Origin: an uncultured Pseudomonadota bacterium
Lineage (GTDB): Bacteria; Babelota; Babeliae; Babelales; UBA12411
Direction: 5' to 3'
NCBI GenBank assembly: GCA_964491895.1
Contig: CAZBHK010000007.1
Coordinates: 258-64,257, forward strand
DNA: 64,000 nt
Under the pieces are notes generated by a model, which had not been told where the DNA came from, ran no database searches, and worked only from the letters and a program-made list of their open reading frames with translations. Both the position numbers and the translations under genes were made by a program. Each line of letters opens with the position of its first letter. Position 1 is the stretch's first letter. Below are positions 7,001 through 15,602 of the stretch, in pieces.

Positions 7001-9901
7001 ATGGATAGTGCTGGTACTATTAAAATAAATAATACTATTTTAGATATTAGTGCACCATATACATTTGCTCAAGGAAAATTAGTATTTAAAGGAGATTCAT
7101 TTTTAAAAGGTAAAACAACATTTTCTTATGAGTCTAATCAATCTAGTGTTATTGAAGATGGAAATCTTACAATTGACAAAAATCTTATAGCCTCAATAGG
7201 TAGATCTGGTAATCAGACTTCTAATGAGCCGTTATTATTTACAAATAATACGTCTATATTGACTTTGGATGGTGCTACATTACAGGTTACAACTTCTGGT
7301 ATGCAATTAACTAAAGGAGAGTTGCATTTAAGGCGAAATGCTATTTTAGATATACAGTCTACTCAGACAACATTTGGATTAATTATTGGTGATGGTACTG
7401 CATCTAATGATTGTAATATTGATATTGATTTTGTGACAATAAAAAATGGAGCATTTACATATAAGAATACAGTTGATAACTATATAAATTTTGATACAAG
7501 TGTTTCTAGATTATATTTTTTAACTCCAGCTACATTTAATATAGAAAAACCTTTGCTGTTGACTGATGGCGAGTTGAAAATTTCAACATTTGATCTTATT
7601 AACGTTTATGATGCTGGAAATTTTACTGTTCAAAATTTATTACAAACTATTGAAAATAATAATATAAAAATGATTGGTTCATTTACATTAGGAGCATCAG
7701 GTTTAGATTTAAGTAGTACGGACTTCTTTAGAAATTTAGAAGGAGTCTTTAACCTTGGTCCACTAAATATTAATGAAACAGGAGCGGTCATTTCAGGTTA
7801 TGGTGGAACAATAAATTCTGATATTATTTTTTTAAATAATACTATAAGTGCAACAATAAGTACTGGGCTTTCTACTTTTTTGTTAGGTAATATTATTTTA
7901 AATGGTGGTAAGACTTTCTTATCGAACAATGTTACTTTTGGTCAAGATTTTAATTTTACAGGTTCTGGTACAATTGATTCAGCTTGTTATAAAGTTGATT
8001 TTGGTCGAACTGATTTAACATTTACAGATTCTTTAATTTGGATTAATGGTTCCTTAGATATTAATAGTAACTTAACATTAGCTACATCAATTACATTTTA
8101 TGGCACTACAAAAATCACTGGTAATGGCCATATTTTAGACTTTGCACCAGGTGGTGGTATTTATATAGCACCAGGAGGACATTTAATTTTAACAGAACTA
8201 TCTATTCATAATTTAGGAATTACTACAGATAATTTATCTATGTTAGGAGTTGATAGTCAGATACATATGTCAAATGTGTTTGTCAATCTTTCTAATAACT
8301 ATACAACTACTATAGGTGGTATCATAATAGAGGGACCAACTATTTTTGGGTTGAAAAATTATAATTGGACTTTTGATTTAAGCGCTTCTGTATCAATAAA
8401 AGGTGTTACTTTATGGATAGATTCAATTGGAGAGAGTAACCGTGGTACATTATTATTTGGATCACCATTACTAAATTATCTTACATTTATTAATAGTGGT
8501 ACATATAAAGAAGTTGCTGATGCAAGATCGTTTGATCTTTCCCTAAGTAATAGCCAGACAATTCTTACTATTACCGATAACATTAACTATAATAGTCAAG
8601 CTATTGTAACAATAGCTGGAGATATCTTAATACCTGTAGATTTATCAGATGCTTCTGGAGTAATTATTCTTGATCATGAACGGGGAGTTAATTTTAATGT
8701 GCATCCTGCATTGTCCTTACACCTTACATTATCAGATGCTTCAGAAGTTTTATCTAAGGATCTTGATACTAGTTTGAAGATTACGGACTCTATCCAAATT
8801 AAAGGAAGGGATAATGTAATAGATGTTTCTCAAACTTTTACTCTTCTTGGAAGTTTATTATTTGAGCCTAATAGCGAACTTACTTTTAGATTTAATGATA
8901 AGGGTGATCGACCTAGGGTGTATTTATCCAATAGTATTACAATTTCTGCGGATTCTCGGCTTGTGTTTAAGAATATAGGCGAGTTCTTAGTTAAGGATGG
9001 AGAATCTATATCATTTGAGGGAGGGTTAGTTAATCTGTCTGAACTTTCTGTTGAAGATAGAGCTTATTTTCATATAGAAGAAAATCTTACTGATACGGCA
9101 GTAGTGACTTTCAAGGGAACGTTACCTTCTGGTGATGGTAGAATTAGCATGCTAAATGGTGGTACTATAGAGATTGAAGATTCTCGACATCTTATTATAG
9201 GTAATGCTGTTACGGATAACTTTGATATTGTGGCGTCTGACAATGGATTACTTAAGGTAGCTGGTATGGCGGCGCGTATTTCTTTACAGTTAGCTACTAT
9301 GAGGTTGATATTTGAGTTGGGTGGTACTCTTTTAGTGCGAGATGGTGGAGTTTTTGAAGTTAACTCATTAAATGATGTTGCTGCTGCTGGTAATATTGGA
9401 ACCTGGTTATTTAATGATAATGGAGTATTAGATATAGGTGAGAATGGTATATTCTCCTTGGGTGAAAATATATCTGCTAATAGCTTTAATTTTAAGGCTA
9501 TTGGTGGGATAATAAATACGAGTCCAAGTATCTTATTGAATGGTAAAGTTGGTCTTTTATCTGAGACAGCATTTATTGGGATGATTTCTCATAGACCGTT
9601 TGAACTTACAAGTGTTTCTGCCATAGAATTAGTTTCTGGATTATTACAGAGAGCATTATTACAGGACATACAATCTACTCAGGCAAATTTGAGTGTAAGT
9701 GTCTTATTTATTGACTCTTTAGGGGTACATAAGGTAAGACTAAATAATGGTCAGATTGCTAGTTTAGACTCTGGAGATATTATTACTAGGGATGATTCTA
9801 CGACAGGTATAGTTTATGGAATAGGTGCTGGTGAATCTTCATTTGCAATACAACCAAGAAGTGATTTGACGGAGCCTATATTTTACAGGTATAGAAAATG
9901 A
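4046..9901 (+). CDS. Giant (1951 aa) secreted protein: signal peptide, WD40-like beta-propeller, repetitive beta-helix-like region, conserved C-terminal domain (module gene A)
   Basis: Uninterrupted 5.9-kb ORF with AAGGAAG before the ATG and a hydrophobic N-terminus (LRIFLIILFFSTNL). Seven WD-like blades (IDWDPTGSYLAVG, LKWYPKY, ITWSNSGNYLIYG, ISFSPGDDYFAVA, LDWSPTGSYIAVG, VNWTSDGNRLLTT, ..GTVRIYGF). Many NGG(T/K/I)-type and N/T/S-rich turns typical of passenger-like beta-helices. Confidence 0.85.
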   Translation: MVVNRLNLRIFLIILFFSTNLNPLTVGSDTAVSRLYSTPVFLSGDTLNNIVGFTKLESGFSLETSDVTCTFDAFFPVSGSILLNSGSLFLKHDLVLSNTSSIVSLGSILGNNRSIQFPSAFTGSDFGSGGSITAGIVQLASSVVDATVNVQIIDWDPTGSYLAVGMPNSASDQELRVYYYNSIDNSLTLTFVYPLGATTNINALKWYPKYTSLTTTTSPALAVAKNSTDTDTNAVSIFQVRQAPGFLGLVRTTAIVAGSNQTSITWSNSGNYLIYGQNNANEIQAYSYVPSTGVATALGAAVSPFSVTRLVSKRAISFSPGDDYFAVATNSALSSPHMDIYAFSAAGIGAVIIDNGTAPLIDANANSIYSLDWSPTGSYIAVGFGGGAIPHLAIYKFAPTPTLTQVATNSDAAGTTVECVNWTSDGNRLLTTNGLNQIRIFSWDKGAEALSVVNGKSLPTLSTASCWQRFGLNKFGIALNTPGTVRIYGFDQQAVFQDVSLFFRNDIDFNKNIDILGNVYINMLGNQFSISSGGKFTIYPNSTLYFDSSAINLNVHEPFVLIDNTSQLALHNATILLESDIVFNNGGISISQGDTYIEGAHTFSYNSVYSSTIDSFSSLSLVNGVTLCIGDSADGSLLKIGSPLEFVDNTSELILQESTLFITDTGLHLLKGKMRIDQNVVLDIANTQTTFGLIIGDGTTANDFEIYLSLAASKLQLENGALIYKNNSNSRVSYHSNGVIYLQDGSLLYLDRPLELLNGILRYDNVTSLSVPTLSNSYFTVDNIIGNYSGNHKNIEYNLTGTIKDLQNFVLDTNDIFSINQGILTDVIVTVSRGNNIFNGLSKYEGLLSLVDYNSTVTWVNLVLSHNDITLNGGKLIIGSNLMFEEMSSLRTSGTVVIQEYILCLSSIEHTEDANLYIDSSSGIICLQSNITLDNSWTVSGNLRIHGNGYNILFDTSGEFVVERGSTLELQDVHIDSLFDSKLRCMDSAGTIKINNTILDISAPYTFAQGKLVFKGDSFLKGKTTFSYESNQSSVIEDGNLTIDKNLIASIGRSGNQTSNEPLLFTNNTSILTLDGATLQVTTSGMQLTKGELHLRRNAILDIQSTQTTFGLIIGDGTASNDCNIDIDFVTIKNGAFTYKNTVDNYINFDTSVSRLYFLTPATFNIEKPLLLTDGELKISTFDLINVYDAGNFTVQNLLQTIENNNIKMIGSFTLGASGLDLSSTDFFRNLEGVFNLGPLNINETGAVISGYGGTINSDIIFLNNTISATISTGLSTFLLGNIILNGGKTFLSNNVTFGQDFNFTGSGTIDSACYKVDFGRTDLTFTDSLIWINGSLDINSNLTLATSITFYGTTKITGNGHILDFAPGGGIYIAPGGHLILTELSIHNLGITTDNLSMLGVDSQIHMSNVFVNLSNNYTTTIGGIIIEGPTIFGLKNYNWTFDLSASVSIKGVTLWIDSIGESNRGTLLFGSPLLNYLTFINSGTYKEVADARSFDLSLSNSQTILTITDNINYNSQAIVTIAGDILIPVDLSDASGVIILDHERGVNFNVHPALSLHLTLSDASEVLSKDLDTSLKITDSIQIKGRDNVIDVSQTFTLLGSLLFEPNSELTFRFNDKGDRPRVYLSNSITISADSRLVFKNIGEFLVKDGESISFEGGLVNLSELSVEDRAYFHIEENLTDTAVVTFKGTLPSGDGRISMLNGGTIEIEDSRHLIIGNAVTDNFDIVASDNGLLKVAGMAARISLQLATMRLIFELGGTLLVRDGGVFEVNSLNDVAAAGNIGTWLFNDNGVLDIGENGIFSLGENISANSFNFKAIGGIINTSPSILLNGKVGLLSETAFIGMISHRPFELTSVSAIELVSGLLQRALLQDIQSTQANLSVSVLFIDSLGVHKVRLNNGQIASLDSGDIITRDDSTTGIVYGIGAGESSFAIQPRSDLTEPIFYRYRK
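5582..6871 (+). repeat. Internal long repeat unit 1 (~425 aa) within the giant ORF
   Basis: IDILGNVYINMLGNQFSISSGG.., GDTYIEGAHTFSYNS.., VTLCIGDSADGSLLKIGSPLEFVDNTSELILQESTLFITDTGLHLLKGKMRIDQNVVLDIANTQTTFGLIIGDGTTANDF align with unit 2. Boundaries are approximate. Confidence 0.6.
6872..8110 (+). repeat. Internal long repeat unit 2 within the giant ORF
   Basis: LRIHGNGYNILFDTSGEF.., GDSFLKGKTTFSYES.., PLLFTNNTSILTLDGATLQVTTSGMQLTKGELHLRRNAILDIQSTQTTFGLIIGDGTASNDC parallel unit 1. Boundaries are approximate. Confidence 0.6.
8111..8510 (+). repeat. Partial third repeat unit within the giant ORF
   Basis: KITGNGHILDFAPGGGIYIAPGGHLIL.., GPTIFGLKNYNWTFD.., VTLWIDSIGESNRGTLLFGSPLLNYLTFINSGT match the first third of units 1 and 2. 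Confidence 0.5.
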
Positions 9902-10779
9902 GGGCTGAAATGAAGGGTTTAATATTTGCTATTTTGTTACCTATGTATGTTTGTGCAGATACAAATTTAATTTCTAAAAAGAATTTTAATGAAGAGTCTT
10001 TTGACGAAGATGATTTACAACAAAAAATTCAATCAAGACTTAAAGACGTTCAATATATGAAATCTGAGCTTCAGCTAAAAAAAACAGCAACTGACACTGA
10101 TCCTGGTGTAATGTTTAAAGTTGGAAGATTGTTTATTAGCATTAAATCACAGTTATATAAAATGTATGTAAAATTTCAAACTGCTGTAGAGAACAGGCTT
10201 AGTGTTCAAGAAGAACTTTCTAAACTTCAACAAGACAAGTTACTGAGAGTAGAAAAGACGTTAGAAAGCTTAAATCAAAATCTTCACGATACTGAAGAAC
10301 GTGTTCTTTCTAAGGTTGCTAATGCTACACAAATAGGTTCTATTCAGGATGAGCTTTCTGAAAAAGTGAAAAACGAAATCGTACAGTTAAAAAAAGACGT
10401 AGAGAAAGAAAAAGAAGAATTAGTTTCAAAAGTTGTTGGACATTCTTCATCATCTGTTAAGTTACTTGAAGATCAAATTTCTAAAGTTAAAGAAGAAGTT
10501 AGTAAGGAAAATTTGGATAAGAGATTTGAGGCTATGCTTTCTAATGTGATTTCTGCAACACAAGAAATGGTAAAGAAAGAAGTGGCAAGAAGTTTGGCTG
10601 GTGTATTGAATAAAAAATCATTACCAGAAGTGAGTCCTTCTGTTAAGGCAGATAATGGAAAGGGCGGCATATCAGAACTTATACAAAAGGAAGTAAGACG
10701 ACAAATGTATGTGCCTAGACCCGCTAAGCGACAGTACTCAGTTAGAAGAGATTACGTTGACGAAGAAGATTTAGATTAA
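9898..10779 (+). CDS. Anchored or secreted coiled-coil protein (module gene B)
   Basis: The ATG overlaps the stop of the giant ORF (ATGA). Hydrophobic N-terminus MKGLIFAILLPMYVCA, E/K/L-rich heptad-like sequence, and a C-terminal tail related to ORF 1138..2295. Confidence 0.65.
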   Translation: MRAEMKGLIFAILLPMYVCADTNLISKKNFNEESFDEDDLQQKIQSRLKDVQYMKSELQLKKTATDTDPGVMFKVGRLFISIKSQLYKMYVKFQTAVENRLSVQEELSKLQQDKLLRVEKTLESLNQNLHDTEERVLSKVANATQIGSIQDELSEKVKNEIVQLKKDVEKEKEELVSKVVGHSSSSVKLLEDQISKVKEEVSKENLDKRFEAMLSNVISATQEMVKKEVARSLAGVLNKKSLPEVSPSVKADNGKGGISELIQKEVRRQMYVPRPAKRQYSVRRDYVDEEDLD

Positions 10780-10804
10780 CGCCACATGGTTAAAATTTGA
10801 GTGG

Positions 10805-12400
10805 TTGAATGTGTATAAAATATTCCTTGTTTTCCTATTATTAACAAGCTTCTTTGTACAGGCAAATGCTGAAGTTACTCCAGAGCTTCAACGTAAAATT
10901 AGAAAAGAGATAGAAGCTCAACAGCGCTTGCAGTACAAGGAGAAGGTAAAACAAAAAAATCTAGCTGAAAAAATCAAATCTAAAGTCAAACAAGAGATCA
11001 AATGGCAAAATTATAAGATCCAGCGTCAAGCTAAAAAAGATCAGCTTGCTGGTAGGGTCCGTATGCATAGCCCTTCACGATTTGATCATGAAGATTTTAT
11101 CTATAAAATTCCAACATGGCCATTTAATTCAGTTTTCTATGCTGAGAATGACCTGTGTGAGTTGAATCTTAAGGTTAATGGTGCTTCAAGAGCGTTTGAC
11201 TCTTCAGGATCATCAAGAGATATTTCTAGATTAGTTTTTGGAGAAAAGGATTTAGTGCTTCAAGATATCTTATTAGCTTCCAAATTGCTTAAGGCTGGTA
11301 AAATACAAGCTAATTCTGCCAAGTTAGTGGGACCACCACCTGTTACCGCTTCTCGTTATCATTATTATTATATTTTGGCTGACCAACCAATAGTTTTTGA
11401 TGCATCTACCAGTAGTCAGAGATTAGACTTAAATTATGCCAGACATTTTAGAGATGGTGATATTTCTTTTGGGCTAGTAATCCCTGTTATACGTAAAGAG
11501 AATAATATTAGACTGGAATCTGGTATTTCTTCGGTTATACGTAGTCAGTTAGAAGCTGTAAGTCCTAGATTTGCTGATAGGTTTGGTACACTGCAAGATT
11601 TATTACAGGAAATTTTAGGTGCAAGTGGTATTTCATTTAATAAAAAGGATAGAGAAGTAGGGATAGGCGATGTCCAGGTCTTTGCTAACTTGGAAATTCC
11701 TAGCGAATATTTTGAACGGTTTGTTACAGGATTCAAGGTTTCTATTCCAACAGCCAATGGCAGGAAGACTGATAAACTTTGGGATCCTGAGCTAGGCAAT
11801 GGTGGGTTTTTAGAGATGTCCTTGTTTATGGGTTTACTTAAGAGCTTTAATAAGTATTTTAATCCTCATATGTATTTAGAGCTTACTGGCGCTATTCCAG
11901 CAACTGTTAATAGACGTGTACCTATTAAGAAGGAGTATGATGGAGTTTTACCTGCTAGTGGTGTTCCTATAGGAGATTTTTTGCTTTTAGGTCAGGCTGA
12001 GATTCAGTATCTAGGCGGTACTACTTTTAGTGAGTTTGATACTCAGGTAAGGAATTTTCCTATTACTGTTAAGGGTGTAAAAATACGTAGGGGGCCTCAA
12101 ATTAATCTTAGAATAGGTAACATTATAGAAGAGGTCTATTCACGTAAGGGATTCTTAGAGCTTTTTTATGACCTTAGGTTAAAGGGTGCAGATTATCTGA
12201 GCTTGGGTAGAAGCTGGGATGGTTACGATCCTTCTATATTAACTGACAATACTTTTGAATCTGAGCATCGCTTGGGATTTAGCTATGATTATCAATTTTC
12301 AGGAAGACAAAGGGTCAATATTGGTTTTCTCGCAGGTATTACCGGTAGAAATACTCCTCAGGTTTTAGAGGGTAATATAGCATATAGCTTAGAGTTTTAG
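10805..12400 (+). CDS. Outer-membrane beta-barrel-like protein (module gene C)
   Basis: Signal peptide (KIFLVFLLLTSFFVQANA/EV) and a charged helix (KQEIKWQNYKIQRQAKKDQ). Paralogous to ORF 2297..3865 along its whole length and ends EGNIAYSLEF. The start may be TTG 10805 or GTG 10811. Confidence 0.65.
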   Translation: MNVYKIFLVFLLLTSFFVQANAEVTPELQRKIRKEIEAQQRLQYKEKVKQKNLAEKIKSKVKQEIKWQNYKIQRQAKKDQLAGRVRMHSPSRFDHEDFIYKIPTWPFNSVFYAENDLCELNLKVNGASRAFDSSGSSRDISRLVFGEKDLVLQDILLASKLLKAGKIQANSAKLVGPPPVTASRYHYYYILADQPIVFDASTSSQRLDLNYARHFRDGDISFGLVIPVIRKENNIRLESGISSVIRSQLEAVSPRFADRFGTLQDLLQEILGASGISFNKKDREVGIGDVQVFANLEIPSEYFERFVTGFKVSIPTANGRKTDKLWDPELGNGGFLEMSLFMGLLKSFNKYFNPHMYLELTGAIPATVNRRVPIKKEYDGVLPASGVPIGDFLLLGQAEIQYLGGTTFSEFDTQVRNFPITVKGVKIRRGPQINLRIGNIIEEVYSRKGFLELFYDLRLKGADYLSLGRSWDGYDPSILTDNTFESEHRLGFSYDYQFSGRQRVNIGFLAGITGRNTPQVLEGNIAYSLEF

Positions 12401-12494
12401 CTGGTTTTAGATGTCTTGAGTGGTTGCAATGTTTTCTTGCATTGTTATACTCCAATTATTTACTAAATGTCTAAAATTAGCTTTGCAGGTTGTT

Positions 12495-13916
12495 ATGTAT
12501 TTATCTAAATTTTCAAGAATATTTCTTTTAATCTTTTTTGTGTCAGTTGATGTTGTATTTGGTGAAATTGATGAAACGCAGGCAGCTGATGTTGTGGACT
12601 TTTTAAATAGGTCGACAAGAACACGTAGAGGTACAAAATTTCAGCGTTTTATTGATAAGGCTAATTTATCTGAAACACTTTCTAGTCTCAGGAATAAAAC
12701 ACAGAAGTTTTATGAAGAGAATGAATTAGCTGATATTGAAGCAGGTATATTAAAGGCTGAAAATCCTATAGATAAAGAAAAATTAGAAAAAAATCATAAT
12801 TGGGTTTATTACAAACAAAGAAGAGAACTTGAAAACGCTTTGGATACTGCTTTATTGTCAGGATCAGCGAATCCATGGACAGATGCTTTTGTAGTGGGAA
12901 TGATAGCTTCTCAACCTAAAATTTATGAAGCGCTTCAGGACGAGGGTGTTTTTGATGCACTAAAGAATGAAAATGATGGAGCTGTTGCTGAAGCTGCCAA
13001 AAAGGTAGGGATAGGTTTGCTAGCAGTTTCTGCTGAATCTGTAGGCAAGACAGTTAATAATATAGTCTCACAGAACTTTGGTAGTCCGTTGGAAAGAATA
13101 GCAAGGGTTATATTTGGTAGTATTGGTAATTTTTCTAGAAAGATTTGGACCAAGTCGGTCAAGATCTATTATGGTGTTCAAGGCGAGCCGTTTGCCCATC
13201 AAGAGGTTAAAGATTTTGGCATAATTGTTGATACTATGCTTGAGGATTATAAAGAAACCTGTAATAAGGCTGTTAATAATATGAGTAATCGAGAACGTAT
13301 TAATAGGAAGAAGAATCTTGATGACGCAGAAGAAGTTCTAGAAAAAATAGATGAAATAGTCTTCGAAATAACTAAGTCTCATGTTAAAAAATCAATGGAT
13401 ATTTCTATATTAGGAGATTCTAAGACTACTATATTAGAGAAAATATTTGAGGCTTATGATAAGGATTTTATCCCTAAAGAATTAGAGGGTGTTAAGACCT
13501 TTGCTGAGTTGATTAATGTAATACAGATGGACTCTGACTGGAAGGATGAGCGTGAGCATTCCTTAAATAGTATAGTTGGTCTAGTTGACTACTTTAATAT
13601 TAGAATGGCTTACTATTCTAAGGATAAAAGTTCTATGGAGTTTCGTTATGCATCTATGATCAGAGAGCGTTTATTAGAGTTTGCATCTATGATATCTCTT
13701 GCTACTTCTGATAAATATTTTGGTAGTGAGCAAGCTCAAAGACGTCTTAGACGAATAAGAAGTGGTTTGGCTAAAAATTTTGAGAATCTATTAAAGTATA
13801 TTCCTAATCTTGAGTTCGCTGGTGAAGAGAAGAAGGTAGAAGCTAAGAAAAAACGTACACGACCATCTTTTGGTGAATATGAAGAAGAAGATTATGGATT
13901 TAATAGGTTGATGTAA
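12495..13916 (+). CDS. Secreted, largely helical protein of unknown function (cluster gene D)
   Basis: The ATG at 12495 gives MYLSKFSRIFLLIFFVSVDVVFG/E, a signal-peptide-like N-terminus. The track's upstream GTG extension (12420) lacks one. Acidic/basic tail KKRTRPSFGEYEEEDYGF. No motif I recognise. Confidence 0.6.
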   Translation: MYLSKFSRIFLLIFFVSVDVVFGEIDETQAADVVDFLNRSTRTRRGTKFQRFIDKANLSETLSSLRNKTQKFYEENELADIEAGILKAENPIDKEKLEKNHNWVYYKQRRELENALDTALLSGSANPWTDAFVVGMIASQPKIYEALQDEGVFDALKNENDGAVAEAAKKVGIGLLAVSAESVGKTVNNIVSQNFGSPLERIARVIFGSIGNFSRKIWTKSVKIYYGVQGEPFAHQEVKDFGIIVDTMLEDYKETCNKAVNNMSNRERINRKKNLDDAEEVLEKIDEIVFEITKSHVKKSMDISILGDSKTTILEKIFEAYDKDFIPKELEGVKTFAELINVIQMDSDWKDEREHSLNSIVGLVDYFNIRMAYYSKDKSSMEFRYASMIRERLLEFASMISLATSDKYFGSEQAQRRLRRIRSGLAKNFENLLKYIPNLEFAGEEKKVEAKKKRTRPSFGEYEEEDYGFNRLM

Positions 13917-14740
13917 TGTATCATAAACTTGTATTGATTTTATTATTATCGTCTAGTTTTTTAAGTGCTAATCTTAATGAGATTAATGTTGAACATGTGC
14001 AGAAACACAAAGAGTATTATCTAAAGCAAGCTCGTAATCTAAAATATTTCAAGGTAACTGCTTGCGTATCTGCTACTGCAATAATATCTGCTATTATAAT
14101 AAAAATGTTATATAGCACTAAGCAGCCGATTGTTAAGTCTATTATAGATCCAAAGTTAAAAGAAACTTTATTTGCTGAGTTGGTACAAAAAGAACTTGAG
14201 AAAAAGAATAGAACATCAATAGAGGCATTTACTGCTTTTTTTAAACGCAATATTATATCGGGCTTGAGTTTGACTGCAACAAGTCTTGTTTTGGGTTTTG
14301 GAGATGAAGTTAAGGGCTCTTTATTTATTAGAATTAAGCAATTTTTAAAATATAAAATTGACCCAGTAATATTTAATGAAGCTCAAGTTTTTGATAACAC
14401 ATATAGTTTACATTTATACTTAACTGATTTTGTAGAACAGGCAAATACTGAGATAGATAAAGCTCATCATAGGGAACAGATAGTGTTAGGCTATGGCTTG
14501 CTTTTAGAAACAGTTGAACGATTCATGGCTGCTTTGTGTCTACAGGCACAAGCTTCTCAGGAGAAATGGCTTCTTAATTCGGAAAATAAGCTTTTTAAGG
14601 CTATGAGCTCATTAAAATTTAAAGTTGAACAAATACTTGATAATGAAAATCCTAATATTAAAGAGGTAGAGGTTGCTTTAAATCATTTAGTACATTGTCT
14701 TGGTATGGTTGCTAAAAATTGTGAGGCTCAAATTGTATGA
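13916..14740 (+). CDS. Membrane protein of unknown function (cluster gene E)
   Basis: The start overlaps the gene D stop by 1 nt (TAATG). Signal-like N-terminus LVLILLLSSSFLSA plus hydrophobic segments VTACVSATAIISAIIIKMLY and IISGLSLTATSLVLGF. Confidence 0.6.
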   Translation: MYHKLVLILLLSSSFLSANLNEINVEHVQKHKEYYLKQARNLKYFKVTACVSATAIISAIIIKMLYSTKQPIVKSIIDPKLKETLFAELVQKELEKKNRTSIEAFTAFFKRNIISGLSLTATSLVLGFGDEVKGSLFIRIKQFLKYKIDPVIFNEAQVFDNTYSLHLYLTDFVEQANTEIDKAHHREQIVLGYGLLLETVERFMAALCLQAQASQEKWLLNSENKLFKAMSSLKFKVEQILDNENPNIKEVEVALNHLVHCLGMVAKNCEAQIV

Positions 14741-15602
14741 ATTTTTTTTAATAGTTGCCTTTTCTATAGTAAGTAGTATTTATGCTTGTTCATGGTGTAA
14801 AGATGTTGGTTTAGATTCTTTATCAATCAAGCTTGATGGAATAGTAGAAAAACCAGTAGGTTCATTTAAAGATTTACTTGAACAGTTAGGTAATTATGAT
14901 TCTGGGACTTTTAAGGCATTCATGGATAATAACTGTGAGGATTCGGCTTTATCTATTACTCAAGAGCAAATCAAAACACATCCTGAGTTAGGTGAAGTTT
15001 TTTATAAGCTTTATCTAGCAAAATATTTTCCGAGAGCTCTTGTTATTACAGACCATTTTACTGAGATGTGTCCTATAGCAATAGAGGCAGCGCTTAATGA
15101 GATTATAATCATTATTACAAATGAGCCGTGGTTTTATTTCAAAAATAAACCAGACAAGTTCTTTCTGGATGAATACTGGGAAATTATTCTTGAACAATAT
15201 AAAACAATAAGTTGTTTTTTAGAAAGAGCATTGATTGACCCAATAACTAATAAAGTTTTCTTAAAAGATTCTGGTGGACTTATATTTATTGGAGAGGATC
15301 AACTAAGTAATTTTGAGTTTACTTCTAATAATAATGGTATTCCATTAACGCGATATTGGGCTCAAAATGGTATAGATAGTTTTTTTAAATTTCATGCTCA
15401 GCATTGTGATTTTATAATAAAAATATTTAATGAAGCTATTCAAAATCAAGATTATAAAAAAGCATTTTCATATTATTTAAAGCTTAGAGATGCTGTCCCA
15501 AAGTTACAAAATTCGCAATACGAAATTTTGTATCAAGAAAAACTTGAAGATGATAAGTGGTTACTAGAAGAGCTTCGTAAGCAACAAGGTTATAATGTTT
15601 AA
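14733..15602 (+). CDS. Possible lipoprotein or secreted helical protein (cluster gene F); start uncertain
   Basis: ORF open from 14700. TTG 14733 gives MYEFFLIVAFSIVSSIYAC.., a signal with Cys, and overlaps the gene E stop (14738-14740). No recognisable catalytic motif. Confidence 0.5.
   Translation: MYEFFLIVAFSIVSSIYACSWCKDVGLDSLSIKLDGIVEKPVGSFKDLLEQLGNYDSGTFKAFMDNNCEDSALSITQEQIKTHPELGEVFYKLYLAKYFPRALVITDHFTEMCPIAIEAALNEIIIIITNEPWFYFKNKPDKFFLDEYWEIILEQYKTISCFLERALIDPITNKVFLKDSGGLIFIGEDQLSNFEFTSNNNGIPLTRYWAQNGIDSFFKFHAQHCDFIIKIFNEAIQNQDYKKAFSYYLKLRDAVPKLQNSQYEILYQEKLEDDKWLLEELRKQQGYNV

Noticed and set aside
4046-9901. Chlamydial Pmp-type autotransporter assignment for the giant protein.
   Set aside because: GGA(I/L/V) occurs essentially once. 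FxxN-like strings are few and not in the Pmp alternating pattern. There is no C-terminal autotransporter barrel in the same polypeptide. Only a generic beta-helix resemblance remains.
12420-12494. N-terminal extensions proposed by the ORF track at non-ATG starts (12420, 19142, 22109, 24814, 27263, 28666, 30531, 34402, 38294, 48547, 52735, 60402).
   Set aside because: Internal ATGs give canonical protein N-termini (signal peptides or conserved family starts), a better SD context, or avoid overlap with neighbouring genes.
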